Shown piece after piece: positions 24,309 to 32,000 of a stretch of 32,000 bases of DNA (position 1 is its first letter; the number at the start of each line of letters is the position of its first letter). Below the pieces are notes generated by a model. The model was given only the letters and a program-made list of their open reading frames with translations. It searched no databases and had not been told where the DNA came from. Source of the DNA: an uncultured Opitutales bacterium (GTDB lineage Bacteria; Verrucomicrobiota; Verrucomicrobiia; Opitutales; UBA9783); NCBI GenBank assembly GCA_934691225.1, contig CAKUSQ010000002.1:1-32000 (forward strand), written 5' to 3'. The translations under genes were made by a program, and so were the position numbers.

Positions 24309-26759
24309 ATGAAGCAGCTTGTTATAGCAGAGAAACCCAGTGTCGCTAAGGATTTAGCCAAGGCTTTAGGTAAATTTAAACAAAATAAAGAAGGTTATTT
24401 TGAACGTGATGATATGATCATTACGTCTGCACTTGGGCATTTGGTTGAGTTATATATGCCAGGTGATTTTGATCCTAAGTATCGATTTTGGTCATTAAAA
24501 AATTTGCCGATTTTACCTGAAAAGTTTTTGTTGAAACCTATTGAAAAAACAGCTGATCGTTTCAAATTCTTGAAAAAAATGATGGAACGAGATGATGTTG
24601 AGGGGTTGATCAATGCGTGTGATGCGGGTAGAGAAGGGGAGTTAATCTTTGCTTACTTGTGTGAATTGGCTGGATGTGAAAAACCTAAGCAACGTTTGTG
24701 GTTGTCGTCTATGACATCAGATGCTATTCGAGAAGCATTTGCACATTTGCGTACAGAAGAAAGCATGAAGCCATTAGAAGAAGCTGCTCGTTGCCGTTCA
24801 GAAGCTGATTGGCTAGTTGGTATTAATGGGACTCGTGCTGTTACAGGGCGTATGTTGGGAACACGTCGTGGCGAAGTTGCGAGTGTGGGGCGAGTGCAAA
24901 CACCTACGCTTGCATTGATTTGTGAACGTGAACATGCCATTAATAGTTTTAAGCCGGTTCCTTTTTGGCGAGTTTCTTGCACTTTTAATATAACGCAAGG
25001 GAATTATAAGGGATGGTTGCAGCGAGTACCTTTCAAAAAGGAACAAGAGGAAGATCGCAGTGATCGTTTCTGGGACAAGGGAGCATTAGATACATTATTC
25101 GCTCAGTTGCAGGAACAGCAGGCATCTGTTTGGGAGGTGCAAGAGACCACTAAAATCTCAAAACAATCAGCACCGCGTTTGTTTGATTTGACAGCATTGC
25201 AGCGTGAATGCAATCAGCGTTTTGGCTATTCTGCTAAATTTACACTGGATATAGCGCAATCATTGTATGAAAAACACAAAGCTTTAACGTACCCACGTAC
25301 GGATTCAAAAGCGTTGCCAGAAGATTATGCACCTACGTGTATTTCGGTGATGAAGCAATTGGATGAGGTGTATCAACCATTTGCAAAGAAGATTATAGAT
25401 CAACATTGGGTGAATCCATCGGCTAGAATTATCTTTAATAATAAGGCTATTTCTGATCACTTTGCGATTATTCCAACGGGTACGTTGCCAAAAAATTTGA
25501 AGGAAAGTGAACAAAAGGTTTACGATTTGGTAGTAAGGAGATTTCTTTCAGTATTTTTCCCTGCTGCAGAATTTGCTGTAACTACGCGTCTAACAAGTTC
25601 AGCGGCGTTTGTATTTAAAACGGAAGGAAAAGTTTTAATTAACCCAGGTTGGATGGAAATAACGCGTAAAAGCGAGATAAAGGAAAGTTTACCTGCTTTA
25701 GTTCCCGAGGATCAAAACAAAGCTAGCGTTGAGAATTTTGAAATTGAGAGTGATAAAACTCGACCACCAGCTCGGTTTACAGAAGCGACATTGTTGGCAA
25801 GCATGGAACGTGCAGGGCAGTTGGTTGAAGATGATGAGTTAGCTGAAGCTATGAAAGAGAAAGGTCTTGGTACGCCAGCTACACGCGCGCAAATCATAGA
25901 AACGCTTATTGCTACAAAATATGTTGTTCGCCAAGAGAAGTCGCTGATGCCAACCTTAAAAGCAGACCAATTGTTAGATTTTTTAAAGTTAGTAAAAGCG
26001 CAGGAATTGGCGAGTCCTGCTTTAACAGGCGAATGGGAGTATCGCTTACTTTTAATACAAAACAAACAACTTAGTAGGGCACAATTTATGTCAGATATTC
26101 GATCCATGTCTTCTAAAATAGTAGAAAGCATACTTGCTTTTAAGGATAGTGAAGAAGAACATCGGCAAACACAGATTATTTCTCCAACCGACGGAAAATG
26201 TATGATAGAGACTTTTAGGGCGTTTAAATCGCAAGATGAGAAAATTTCTATTTTTAAGGTTATTGGAAATCGCAAGATGTCAGAATCCGAGGTTGCAGAG
26301 CTTATTGAAAAAAAGAAAATTGGACCATTGGATGGATTTATATCTAAGTTTGGTAAACCTTACGCTGCAACATTGCTTTTAAATGAAAATTATCAGGTGA
26401 AATTCAGTTTTGAACCAATAGTTGAAACTCCATCATTATCTGAAGAAGAACTGCAACGGTGTGAAGAAGTAGGTATTTGTCCGTTATGTGGAGGTAAGGT
26501 TTATGCCACAGAAACTTATTTTTTGTGTGAAAATACGCAGAAGGATAAAGCCTGTAAATTCAAGGTTGCTCGAACCGTTTTGGCACGGCTTATTCCTAAC
26601 GAACAATTTGCAAAGCTTTTAAGTGAAGGGAAAACAGACCTATTGGATCACTTTAAATCAAAGCGAAATGGAAAGTTTTTTTCAGCTTACCTTGTTCTCA
26701 AGGATAAAGGTAATATTGGTTTTGAATTTGCTAAAAAAGCAGCAGAAGTAGAAAACTAA
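24309..26759 (+). CDS. topB: Type IA DNA topoisomerase, TopB (topoisomerase III)-like, with C-terminal zinc ribbon
   Basis: 816 aa. The Toprim start is MKQLVIAEKPSVAKDLAKAL (IAEKPS type, not the VESPAKA type of TopA). The active-site region is ALTYPRTDS. The C-terminal zinc ribbon is CPLCGGKVYATETYFLCEN. Confidence 0.8.
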   Translation: MKQLVIAEKPSVAKDLAKALGKFKQNKEGYFERDDMIITSALGHLVELYMPGDFDPKYRFWSLKNLPILPEKFLLKPIEKTADRFKFLKKMMERDDVEGLINACDAGREGELIFAYLCELAGCEKPKQRLWLSSMTSDAIREAFAHLRTEESMKPLEEAARCRSEADWLVGINGTRAVTGRMLGTRRGEVASVGRVQTPTLALICEREHAINSFKPVPFWRVSCTFNITQGNYKGWLQRVPFKKEQEEDRSDRFWDKGALDTLFAQLQEQQASVWEVQETTKISKQSAPRLFDLTALQRECNQRFGYSAKFTLDIAQSLYEKHKALTYPRTDSKALPEDYAPTCISVMKQLDEVYQPFAKKIIDQHWVNPSARIIFNNKAISDHFAIIPTGTLPKNLKESEQKVYDLVVRRFLSVFFPAAEFAVTTRLTSSAAFVFKTEGKVLINPGWMEITRKSEIKESLPALVPEDQNKASVENFEIESDKTRPPARFTEATLLASMERAGQLVEDDELAEAMKEKGLGTPATRAQIIETLIATKYVVRQEKSLMPTLKADQLLDFLKLVKAQELASPALTGEWEYRLLLIQNKQLSRAQFMSDIRSMSSKIVESILAFKDSEEEHRQTQIISPTDGKCMIETFRAFKSQDEKISIFKVIGNRKMSESEVAELIEKKKIGPLDGFISKFGKPYAATLLLNENYQVKFSFEPIVETPSLSEEELQRCEEVGICPLCGGKVYATETYFLCENTQKDKACKFKVARTVLARLIPNEQFAKLLSEGKTDLLDHFKSKRNGKFFSAYLVLKDKGNIGFEFAKKAAEVEN

Positions 26760-26786
26760 TAATATAGATGGGTTGTAAAAAAGCTT

Positions 26787-27866
26787 TTAAACCCGAGAAA
26801 TATTTTTGAGCGTGTTGTGCGTATTTTCTTGCTCTTTTTGTTCTCGGACCCAGCGAATAACCTTGGCCACAGGTTCAATGAGTTCGCGCGGTATGTAACG
26901 TCCCTCGTCAGCTAAATCGTACAGCGCATGCGCGAGAGGGACATTTTCCATAACAGGAATTTCAAATTCATAGGCAATTTTTTTCATCAATTGTGCTTGA
27001 TAATCAATACCTTTGGCAAGAACAATGGGTAAGGGGGTAACCAATTCATTATAGTAGATAGCGATGGCATAATGTGTTGGGTTTACAATTAAAGCAGAAG
27101 CACGTTTAGTTTTTTGCGCAGGACTTCCTTGCAATAATTCACGATGCAGCTGTTTACGTTTTCCTTTGATCGTTGGATCACCTTCCATCTCTTTAAATTC
27201 GCGCTTAACTTCATCTTTTGTCATCATAAGTTGTTTTTTATGATTGTAACGTTGAAAAATGAAATCTAGAAAAGCCACTACAACGTAGGCAAAAACGACA
27301 TTCATTGCAAATGTTTTTAGAATAGTTGGTAAAATATTGATAAAATCTTTCAAACTTGTGAAAGGGATTTTTAGAAGAGGATCAAGCGTATTTCGAATAA
27401 CAAAGTAGAGTAGGGTACTTAAAAATAGAATTTTTGCAGCTGATTTTAAAAATTCAACTAAATTTTTTAATGAAAATATTTGTTTAACCTTGGAGATAGG
27501 ATTGAGTTTGCTGAAATTAGGTTTGATAGATTCGAAGGATAATAGTAATCCAAACTGAAAAACATTAGCTATAACGCCGGTTAAAAATACCAATAAAACA
27601 AGGGGTAGAATTACTTTAACACCAATGGCTAAACAGGCTAATCCCATTTGGTTGCAGGCGGCAATAAAAGGTTCCTTGAAGAAATTGTTTGGAACTACAA
27701 TGAGATCAATCAAGGTTTTAAGAATGTACTCACGTCGCATACCGAAGTACGCAAAAATAACGATTAATAGCGCAGTTGAAGTAACATCTTTGCTATTAGC
27801 AACTTGCCCTTTCTTACGTGCATCACGGAGTTTTTTTGCGGTTGGTTGTTCTGTTTTTTCACTCAT
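26787..27866 (-). CDS. sctU: Type III secretion export-apparatus switch protein (SctU / YscU / FlhB family)
   Basis: 359 aa. It starts MSEKTEQPTAKKLRDARKKGQVANSKD, has four TM segments and carries the NPTH autocleavage motif (LIVNPTHYAIAIYY). Its start overlaps the sctT stop by 4 nt. Confidence 0.85.
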   Translation of the reverse strand: MSEKTEQPTAKKLRDARKKGQVANSKDVTSTALLIVIFAYFGMRREYILKTLIDLIVVPNNFFKEPFIAACNQMGLACLAIGVKVILPLVLLVFLTGVIANVFQFGLLLSFESIKPNFSKLNPISKVKQIFSLKNLVEFLKSAAKILFLSTLLYFVIRNTLDPLLKIPFTSLKDFINILPTILKTFAMNVVFAYVVVAFLDFIFQRYNHKKQLMMTKDEVKREFKEMEGDPTIKGKRKQLHRELLQGSPAQKTKRASALIVNPTHYAIAIYYNELVTPLPIVLAKGIDYQAQLMKKIAYEFEIPVMENVPLAHALYDLADEGRYIPRELIEPVAKVIRWVREQKEQENTHNTLKNISRV

Positions 27867-28666
27867 GATCGCGTTAAGATTTTTATAAGATTTGTAGCAT
27901 AGTTATGCGATTCAAATGTGTTACAAAAATAGTGCATTAAGTAGGAAAGGTAGAGGATGAAAAAAAACATGGCTAGTTCACTCTTTATCGGCATGGATAG
28001 AAAGAATACATTAAGTTGGGGCGCAAATCTTGTAACTAAGCCGAGGCCAAATTCAGATAAGAATAGAATAAAAAATATAGGACCTCCCAGCAAAACAATT
28101 TTTATAAATAGTTGACTACCCATATGGTCATTAAAAAATTGAGTGCCATGAATTTGAAAAAAATCAAATGCGGTAAATACAGGTATTTTTTCATAACTCC
28201 AATAGAAAACGCGCATAAATCCTAAAAAACCGCCTGTAACCAATGCAAGAACCATAACAAATTTAAGCAAAAAATCACCTAGTGGACTTGTTTGCGAATT
28301 GGATAATGGGTCAAATAAGCTAGCCATAGATGCACCACGTTGTGTATCTATAAGGAAACCAACGCTTTGGGCCGCATAAAAAATAAAATTAGATAACCAT
28401 CCGAGCACCATTCCTAAAAGAACTTCTTTCATGGATATTCCAAATAGAAGTATGATGGGATTTGTGTACAATTGTTTGAGACCTTCTACGTATAGTTGAG
28501 GAAACAGGGGAAAAGCTAAGGCAACAATGACGGCTCTGCGGGCAGTTCCTGTTAGATATTGCGATGAGAAAAATATAGAAACGGAGCAAAATCCAAGGAT
28601 TCGGCTGCAACAAACCCAAAGAATTGTAAGATTGTCTAGAAAGGGTTTTACCTGTTCAAAATTCAT
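27863..28666 (-). CDS. sctT: Type III secretion export-apparatus protein (SctT / YscT / FliR family)
   Basis: 267 aa, polytopic. It lies between S- and U-family genes, with 4-nt overlaps on both sides. Confidence 0.75.
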   Translation of the reverse strand: MNFEQVKPFLDNLTILWVCCSRILGFCSVSIFFSSQYLTGTARRAVIVALAFPLFPQLYVEGLKQLYTNPIILLFGISMKEVLLGMVLGWLSNFIFYAAQSVGFLIDTQRGASMASLFDPLSNSQTSPLGDFLLKFVMVLALVTGGFLGFMRVFYWSYEKIPVFTAFDFFQIHGTQFFNDHMGSQLFIKIVLLGGPIFFILFLSEFGLGLVTRFAPQLNVFFLSMPIKSELAMFFFILYLSYLMHYFCNTFESHNYATNLIKILTRS

Positions 28667-28935
28667 TTACCTGTCCAACGTTTAATGAGCATAAATATAG
28701 AATCCATGTAACGAATTAATTCACTTCCCATCCAGTGCGCTGTTAGGATTAAAACAAGTGTTATGCATATAAGACGAACAGCAAAACTAAGGGTTTGTTC
28801 TTGCACTTGAGTCAATGCTTGCAGCAAACTGACGCCAAGCCCTACAAATGTTGCTAATAAAATGGAAGGTAAGGATAGCAACAACACCAGAGACATGGCA
28901 TCTGAAGACAATGAAACGATTATCGATGAGTCCAT
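28663..28935 (-). CDS. sctS: Type III secretion export-apparatus protein (SctS / YscS / FliQ family)
   Basis: 90 aa, two TM helices, with LLQALTQVQEQTLSF matching the conserved QxxTQxQEQTL core. Confidence 0.85.
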   Translation of the reverse strand: MDSSIIVSLSSDAMSLVLLLSLPSILLATFVGLGVSLLQALTQVQEQTLSFAVRLICITLVLILTAHWMGSELIRYMDSIFMLIKRWTGK

Positions 28936-29000
28936 TATAATAGATTAAGTCGCTAACTTCAACTTTTCTGTGCTTTAATATGTATTAAATCTAAAACATA

Positions 29001-29339
29001 TTACTTTTGAAAGTGTCCTAAACTTACAACCACATTTTCGTAAATAGGGAATAGCTCTATAAAACCAGAAATTTCAAAGATTTGCCTGACTAAATCATTA
29101 ACGTGAGCTATAGCTAGTCGTCCAGAATTTTTCTTAATTGTTTTTGCGAGTTTTAAAAGTACGCGTAACCCAGCACTGCTGATGAAATCTAAGTTTGTAC
29201 CATCAATCAGTACATTATTTTCATTTTGGTCTAAGATTTTTTTGCAAGTAGCTTCAAGTTTTGGGGCACTGGAAGCGTCCGCACGACCTTTAATGGTTAA
29301 AATTACAACGTTTTCTATTTTATTGAGTCCTACTTCCAT
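29001..29339 (-). CDS. STAS-domain anti-sigma-factor antagonist (RsbV/SpoIIAA-like)
   Basis: 112 aa with the phosphorylatable-serine motif LDFISSAGLRVLL and typical length and layout. Confidence 0.8.
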   Translation of the reverse strand: MEVGLNKIENVVILTIKGRADASSAPKLEATCKKILDQNENNVLIDGTNLDFISSAGLRVLLKLAKTIKKNSGRLAIAHVNDLVRQIFEISGFIELFPIYENVVVSLGHFQK

Positions 29340-29409
29340 GTTTGAGTCCTATTTAAATGCTGCATTTAATCGAACATTACACTTGATAATCTAAAAAAAA
29401 TTTTACAAA

Positions 29410-29967
29410 ATGGCAAGTGAATTTTTTGAAAGTGTGTTTATGCGGGATTGGTTTTTAAAAAAAATATGCGTGTACTTGATGTTTTTTGTTTTATCAGGGT
29501 GTGCACGTTATCGATCGGGTTACCCTATTAGCCAGACTTTTATAAAAACAATTTACGTAGCTCCCGCTGTTCAGCGTGCGATTGTTCCACAAATGTCAGC
29601 TACGTTATCGCGACAAATTCGTGAAGAAATTATTAGAAATAGTAACCTTAGATTGGTCGATAAAGGTTGCGCAGATGTGGAATTAGAAACAACGATTACA
29701 AATTATGGTCGTTCGATTGGAACGGTGGATGAGTACGATCCTGATACAGCAAAAACATTATCGTTAAATGCTTCTATTTGTTGCAATTTAAAACGTTCAG
29801 ATGGGCATTATATTTTTAAAAATCAAACCTTTTCTTCAAGCATTAGTATCAATGCTAATAATTCTGCACAAGCTTTGGAATATCAACGTTTACCTCAATT
29901 GGCTCGGGAATTAGCAAAGAAGATTACGACTCGAATTATGAATCTTGATGCATCCATAAATAGATGA
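29410..29967 (+). CDS. Lipoprotein (lipobox LSGC); function unknown, possibly LptE-like
   Basis: The signal plus lipobox reads KKICVYLMFFVLSGCARY. There is an alternative start at ATG 29440. Its stop overlaps the rpe start by 4 nt. Confidence 0.55.
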   Translation: MASEFFESVFMRDWFLKKICVYLMFFVLSGCARYRSGYPISQTFIKTIYVAPAVQRAIVPQMSATLSRQIREEIIRNSNLRLVDKGCADVELETTITNYGRSIGTVDEYDPDTAKTLSLNASICCNLKRSDGHYIFKNQTFSSSISINANNSAQALEYQRLPQLARELAKKITTRIMNLDASINR

Positions 29968-30596
29968 CTATAAAATCGATTGAATGGTTGCCTTCATTGT
30001 TTGCAGCTGATCCGCTTAATTTGTCCGCGGGGATGGATAAAATTGTAAATTCAAATTTGAACAGTGTGCATTTGGATATTATGGATGGACATTTTGTTCG
30101 TAATTTTAGTTTAGGTTTGAATGTTGTCTCAGCGGTAAAAGAAAGATACCCGAATGTATTTAGAGATGTTCATTTAATGTTACAACATCCAGAAGATTTT
30201 ATCCAAAAATTTATCCAAGCAGGAGCTCAGCGTATTTTTATTCATTGTGAAATACCTAGAAAATCTTTAGAAAAGAGTATAGATCTATTAAAAGAAAGTG
30301 GTATAGAATGGGGGATAGCTATCAATCCAGAGACGCCATTGCTAATTTTGCAATCTTATTCTTATCAGGTTCCGATAATGGATATGCATAGAGTATTGTT
30401 AATGAGTGTTTATCCTGGATTAAGTGGGCAACCTTTTATTGAAGATACCGTAAATCGTGTACGCGATTTACATAAATGTTTTCCGCAGCTTGAAATTTGT
30501 GTAGATGGTGGTATTAATGAAACAATCGCGCAATCGTTGACAAAATTAGGTACATTTCATTTTGTGGTAGGATCTTCTTTTTTTAATGATAAATAA
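29964..30596 (+). CDS. rpe: Ribulose-phosphate 3-epimerase
   Basis: 210 aa with the motifs HLDIMDGHFVRNFSLG, HLMLQHPE and CVDGGIN. Confidence 0.9.
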   Translation: MTIKSIEWLPSLFAADPLNLSAGMDKIVNSNLNSVHLDIMDGHFVRNFSLGLNVVSAVKERYPNVFRDVHLMLQHPEDFIQKFIQAGAQRIFIHCEIPRKSLEKSIDLLKESGIEWGIAINPETPLLILQSYSYQVPIMDMHRVLLMSVYPGLSGQPFIEDTVNRVRDLHKCFPQLEICVDGGINETIAQSLTKLGTFHFVVGSSFFNDK

Positions 30597-30678
30597 GGGT
30601 TTAAGTCCTTAGATTGTTTACAAAATACCTAAAATCTTCCTGGACCTTTATGCTTAATTAAGTATAATATAGTTATTT

Positions 30679-31878
30679 ATGAAAGTAGCGATATTGACTT
30701 CAGGTGGACTTGCCCCGTGTTTATCAGCAGCGGTAGGAGGATTAATTCATCGGTACAATGAACTGGATCCAACTATAGAAATTATGGTTTATTTAAATGG
30801 GTATCAAGGTTTACTGTTAGGACAGTCACGTGTAATTTCCAAAAAAGCTCAAAATGAAGCTTTAACGTTATTAAATTTCGGCGGAAGTCCTTTAGGAAAC
30901 AGTCGTGTAAAATTATCTAATGCTAAAGACTGTGAAAAGAAAGGATTAATCCAGGCAGGTGAAAATCCATTTGAAGTATCTGCTAAACGTTTAATGGCAG
31001 ATAAAGTTGATATTTTACATACCATAGGTGGAGATGATACAAGCACAACAGCGGCAGAATTATCTCAATTTTTGAAAAAACACGATTATCCATTATCTAT
31101 AGTTGGTTTGCCCAAGACCGTGGATAATGATATTGTGCCTATTCGTTGCAGTTTGGGAGCAACAACCGCAGCTGAGCAAGGAGCTGTATTTTTTGAACAT
31201 GTGGTTCATGAGCATAGTGCAAATCCAAAAATGTTAGTTATCCATGAAGTGATGGGGCGTCATTGTGGTTGGCTTACTTATGAAACAGCAAGGATTTATA
31301 CAGAACGTCTTGAGCGAAAAGTCTTTGTTGAAGCTTTAGGTTTTCCTAAGGACAAGTTTTCTATCCATGGCATTTATGTCCCAGAAATAGAATTTAATTT
31401 GGAAGCAGAAGTTCAACGTTTGCAGCCAATATTTAATAATTTAGGTTGTTTAAATCTTTTTGTGAGTGAAGGCGCGTGCGTTTCAGCTATTATGCATGCT
31501 TTAGAAGCCAGTGGGGAAGTGCTAGAGCGTGATGCTTTTGGACATGTAAAACTGGATAAAATCAATGCTGGTAAATGGATTGGCGAGCAGTTGCTCAAAC
31601 GATTAGGCGCACAAAAAATGCTAGTTCAGAAAAGTGGTTATTTTGCACGTTCTTCAGCTGCTAATGCTTTTGATTTAAATTTAATTCAATCATGTGTAGA
31701 TTATGCAGTTGAATGTGCTTTAAAACATCAAAGTGGTCTTGTGGGACATGATGAACAGCAAGAGGGTCGTTTGCGTTGTATTGAGTTTGAGAGAATTTCT
31801 GGCGGAAAACCTTTAAATATAAAAGATGAGAAAGTTATAAGTTTTTTGCAAAGTATCAACGGAAAATCTTTTAAATAA
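30679..31878 (+). CDS. pfp: Phosphofructokinase, PPi-dependent type
   Basis: 399 aa with ILTSGGLAPCLS, IGGDDTSTTA (GGDD rather than the GGDG of ATP-PFK) and PKTVDNDI. Confidence 0.8.
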   Translation: MKVAILTSGGLAPCLSAAVGGLIHRYNELDPTIEIMVYLNGYQGLLLGQSRVISKKAQNEALTLLNFGGSPLGNSRVKLSNAKDCEKKGLIQAGENPFEVSAKRLMADKVDILHTIGGDDTSTTAAELSQFLKKHDYPLSIVGLPKTVDNDIVPIRCSLGATTAAEQGAVFFEHVVHEHSANPKMLVIHEVMGRHCGWLTYETARIYTERLERKVFVEALGFPKDKFSIHGIYVPEIEFNLEAEVQRLQPIFNNLGCLNLFVSEGACVSAIMHALEASGEVLERDAFGHVKLDKINAGKWIGEQLLKRLGAQKMLVQKSGYFARSSAANAFDLNLIQSCVDYAVECALKHQSGLVGHDEQQEGRLRCIEFERISGGKPLNIKDEKVISFLQSINGKSFK

Positions 31879-32000
31879 AGTTGTAAAAAAAGGATAATCT
31901 TTTGTTTTTTTAAGATTTTATTATTTTTTAATTTACTTTAAAATAAAATTGAATCAAATAGAAAACATGTCTGTATCACTTCCAAAATTGAACTGGTGTA

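Noticed and set aside
24395-26275. Five minus-strand ORFs inside topB (24395..24613, 24653..24982, 24813..25046, 25305..25514 and 25712..26275)
   Set aside because: All are antisense to an 816-aa ORF with unambiguous topoisomerase motifs, and none has a recognisable motif.
24309-26759. Considered calling this topoisomerase I (topA)
   Set aside because: The N-terminus is of the IAEKPS type seen in TopB, not the VESPAKA type of TopA. I kept it as TopB-like type IA. Only a phylogeny can settle this.
26787-28935. Considered flagellar FliQ/FliR/FlhB instead of injectisome SctS/T/U
   Set aside because: The two cannot be separated by eye. No other flagellar genes are in the window, and the SctU-like length (359 aa) and N-terminus slightly favour the injectisome type. 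The names are therefore given at family level.
31967-32000. Possible start of a further plus-strand gene (ATG 31967, MSVSLPKLNWC...)
   Set aside because: Only 11 codons are visible before the window ends, which is too little to support a call.

Overview
This is a low-GC bacterial window in two parts.

**Core chromosome (21.6-32 kb).** It holds tRNA-Met(CAT), mraY, murD, a TopB-like type IA topoisomerase and the type III secretion export-gate genes sctS/sctT/sctU. It also holds a STAS anti-sigma antagonist, a lipoprotein, rpe and a PPi-type phosphofructokinase. This gene mix suggests a chlamydia-like or PVC-type host, but that is inference only.

**Accessory mosaic (1-21.6 kb), lying off the 3' end of the tRNA-Met gene.**
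- 9.8-18.5 kb is a P4-like integrative module: tyrosine integrase, Xis/AlpA HTH, DUF3987-like Walker-A protein, primase-like protein and a TGTCAC iteron array. Its cargo includes an HExxH secreted protein.
- Remnants of a second, related element are present: a second iteron array, a second methyltransferase-like gene fragment, and a gene broken by an 11-bp tandem duplication plus an in-frame stop.
- A 47-nt copy of the tRNA 3' half lies in inverted, not direct, orientation to the intact tRNA.
- 476-9784 is a visibly AT-richer, two-operon surface-decoration locus bracketed by gene fragments.

**Main candidate system.** The minus-strand operon of that locus encodes, in this order:
- a PEP-utilising (PPDK-N plus swivelling-His) kinase;
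- a class-I glutamine-amidotransferase/C26 hydrolase;
- a nucleotidyltransferase.

This is the same order as Campylobacter jejuni Cj1418-Cj1417-Cj1416, the core of O-methyl-phosphoramidate biosynthesis. Here it is linked to different downstream genes: SGNH, TagB/F-like transferase, SAM methyltransferase and a membrane sulfatase/LtaS-like enzyme. There is no Cj1415-type kinase, and the kinase carries an extra N-terminal nucleotidyltransferase domain.

The locus carries three candidate phase-variation sites:
- a G9/C9 tract inside the kinase gene;
- eight perfect 10-bp repeats right after an ATG upstream of the methyltransferase, currently out of frame;
- an A7 tract separating a 49-codon leader ORF from the sulfatase-like gene.

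All functional calls rest on motif reading by eye. No database search was run.
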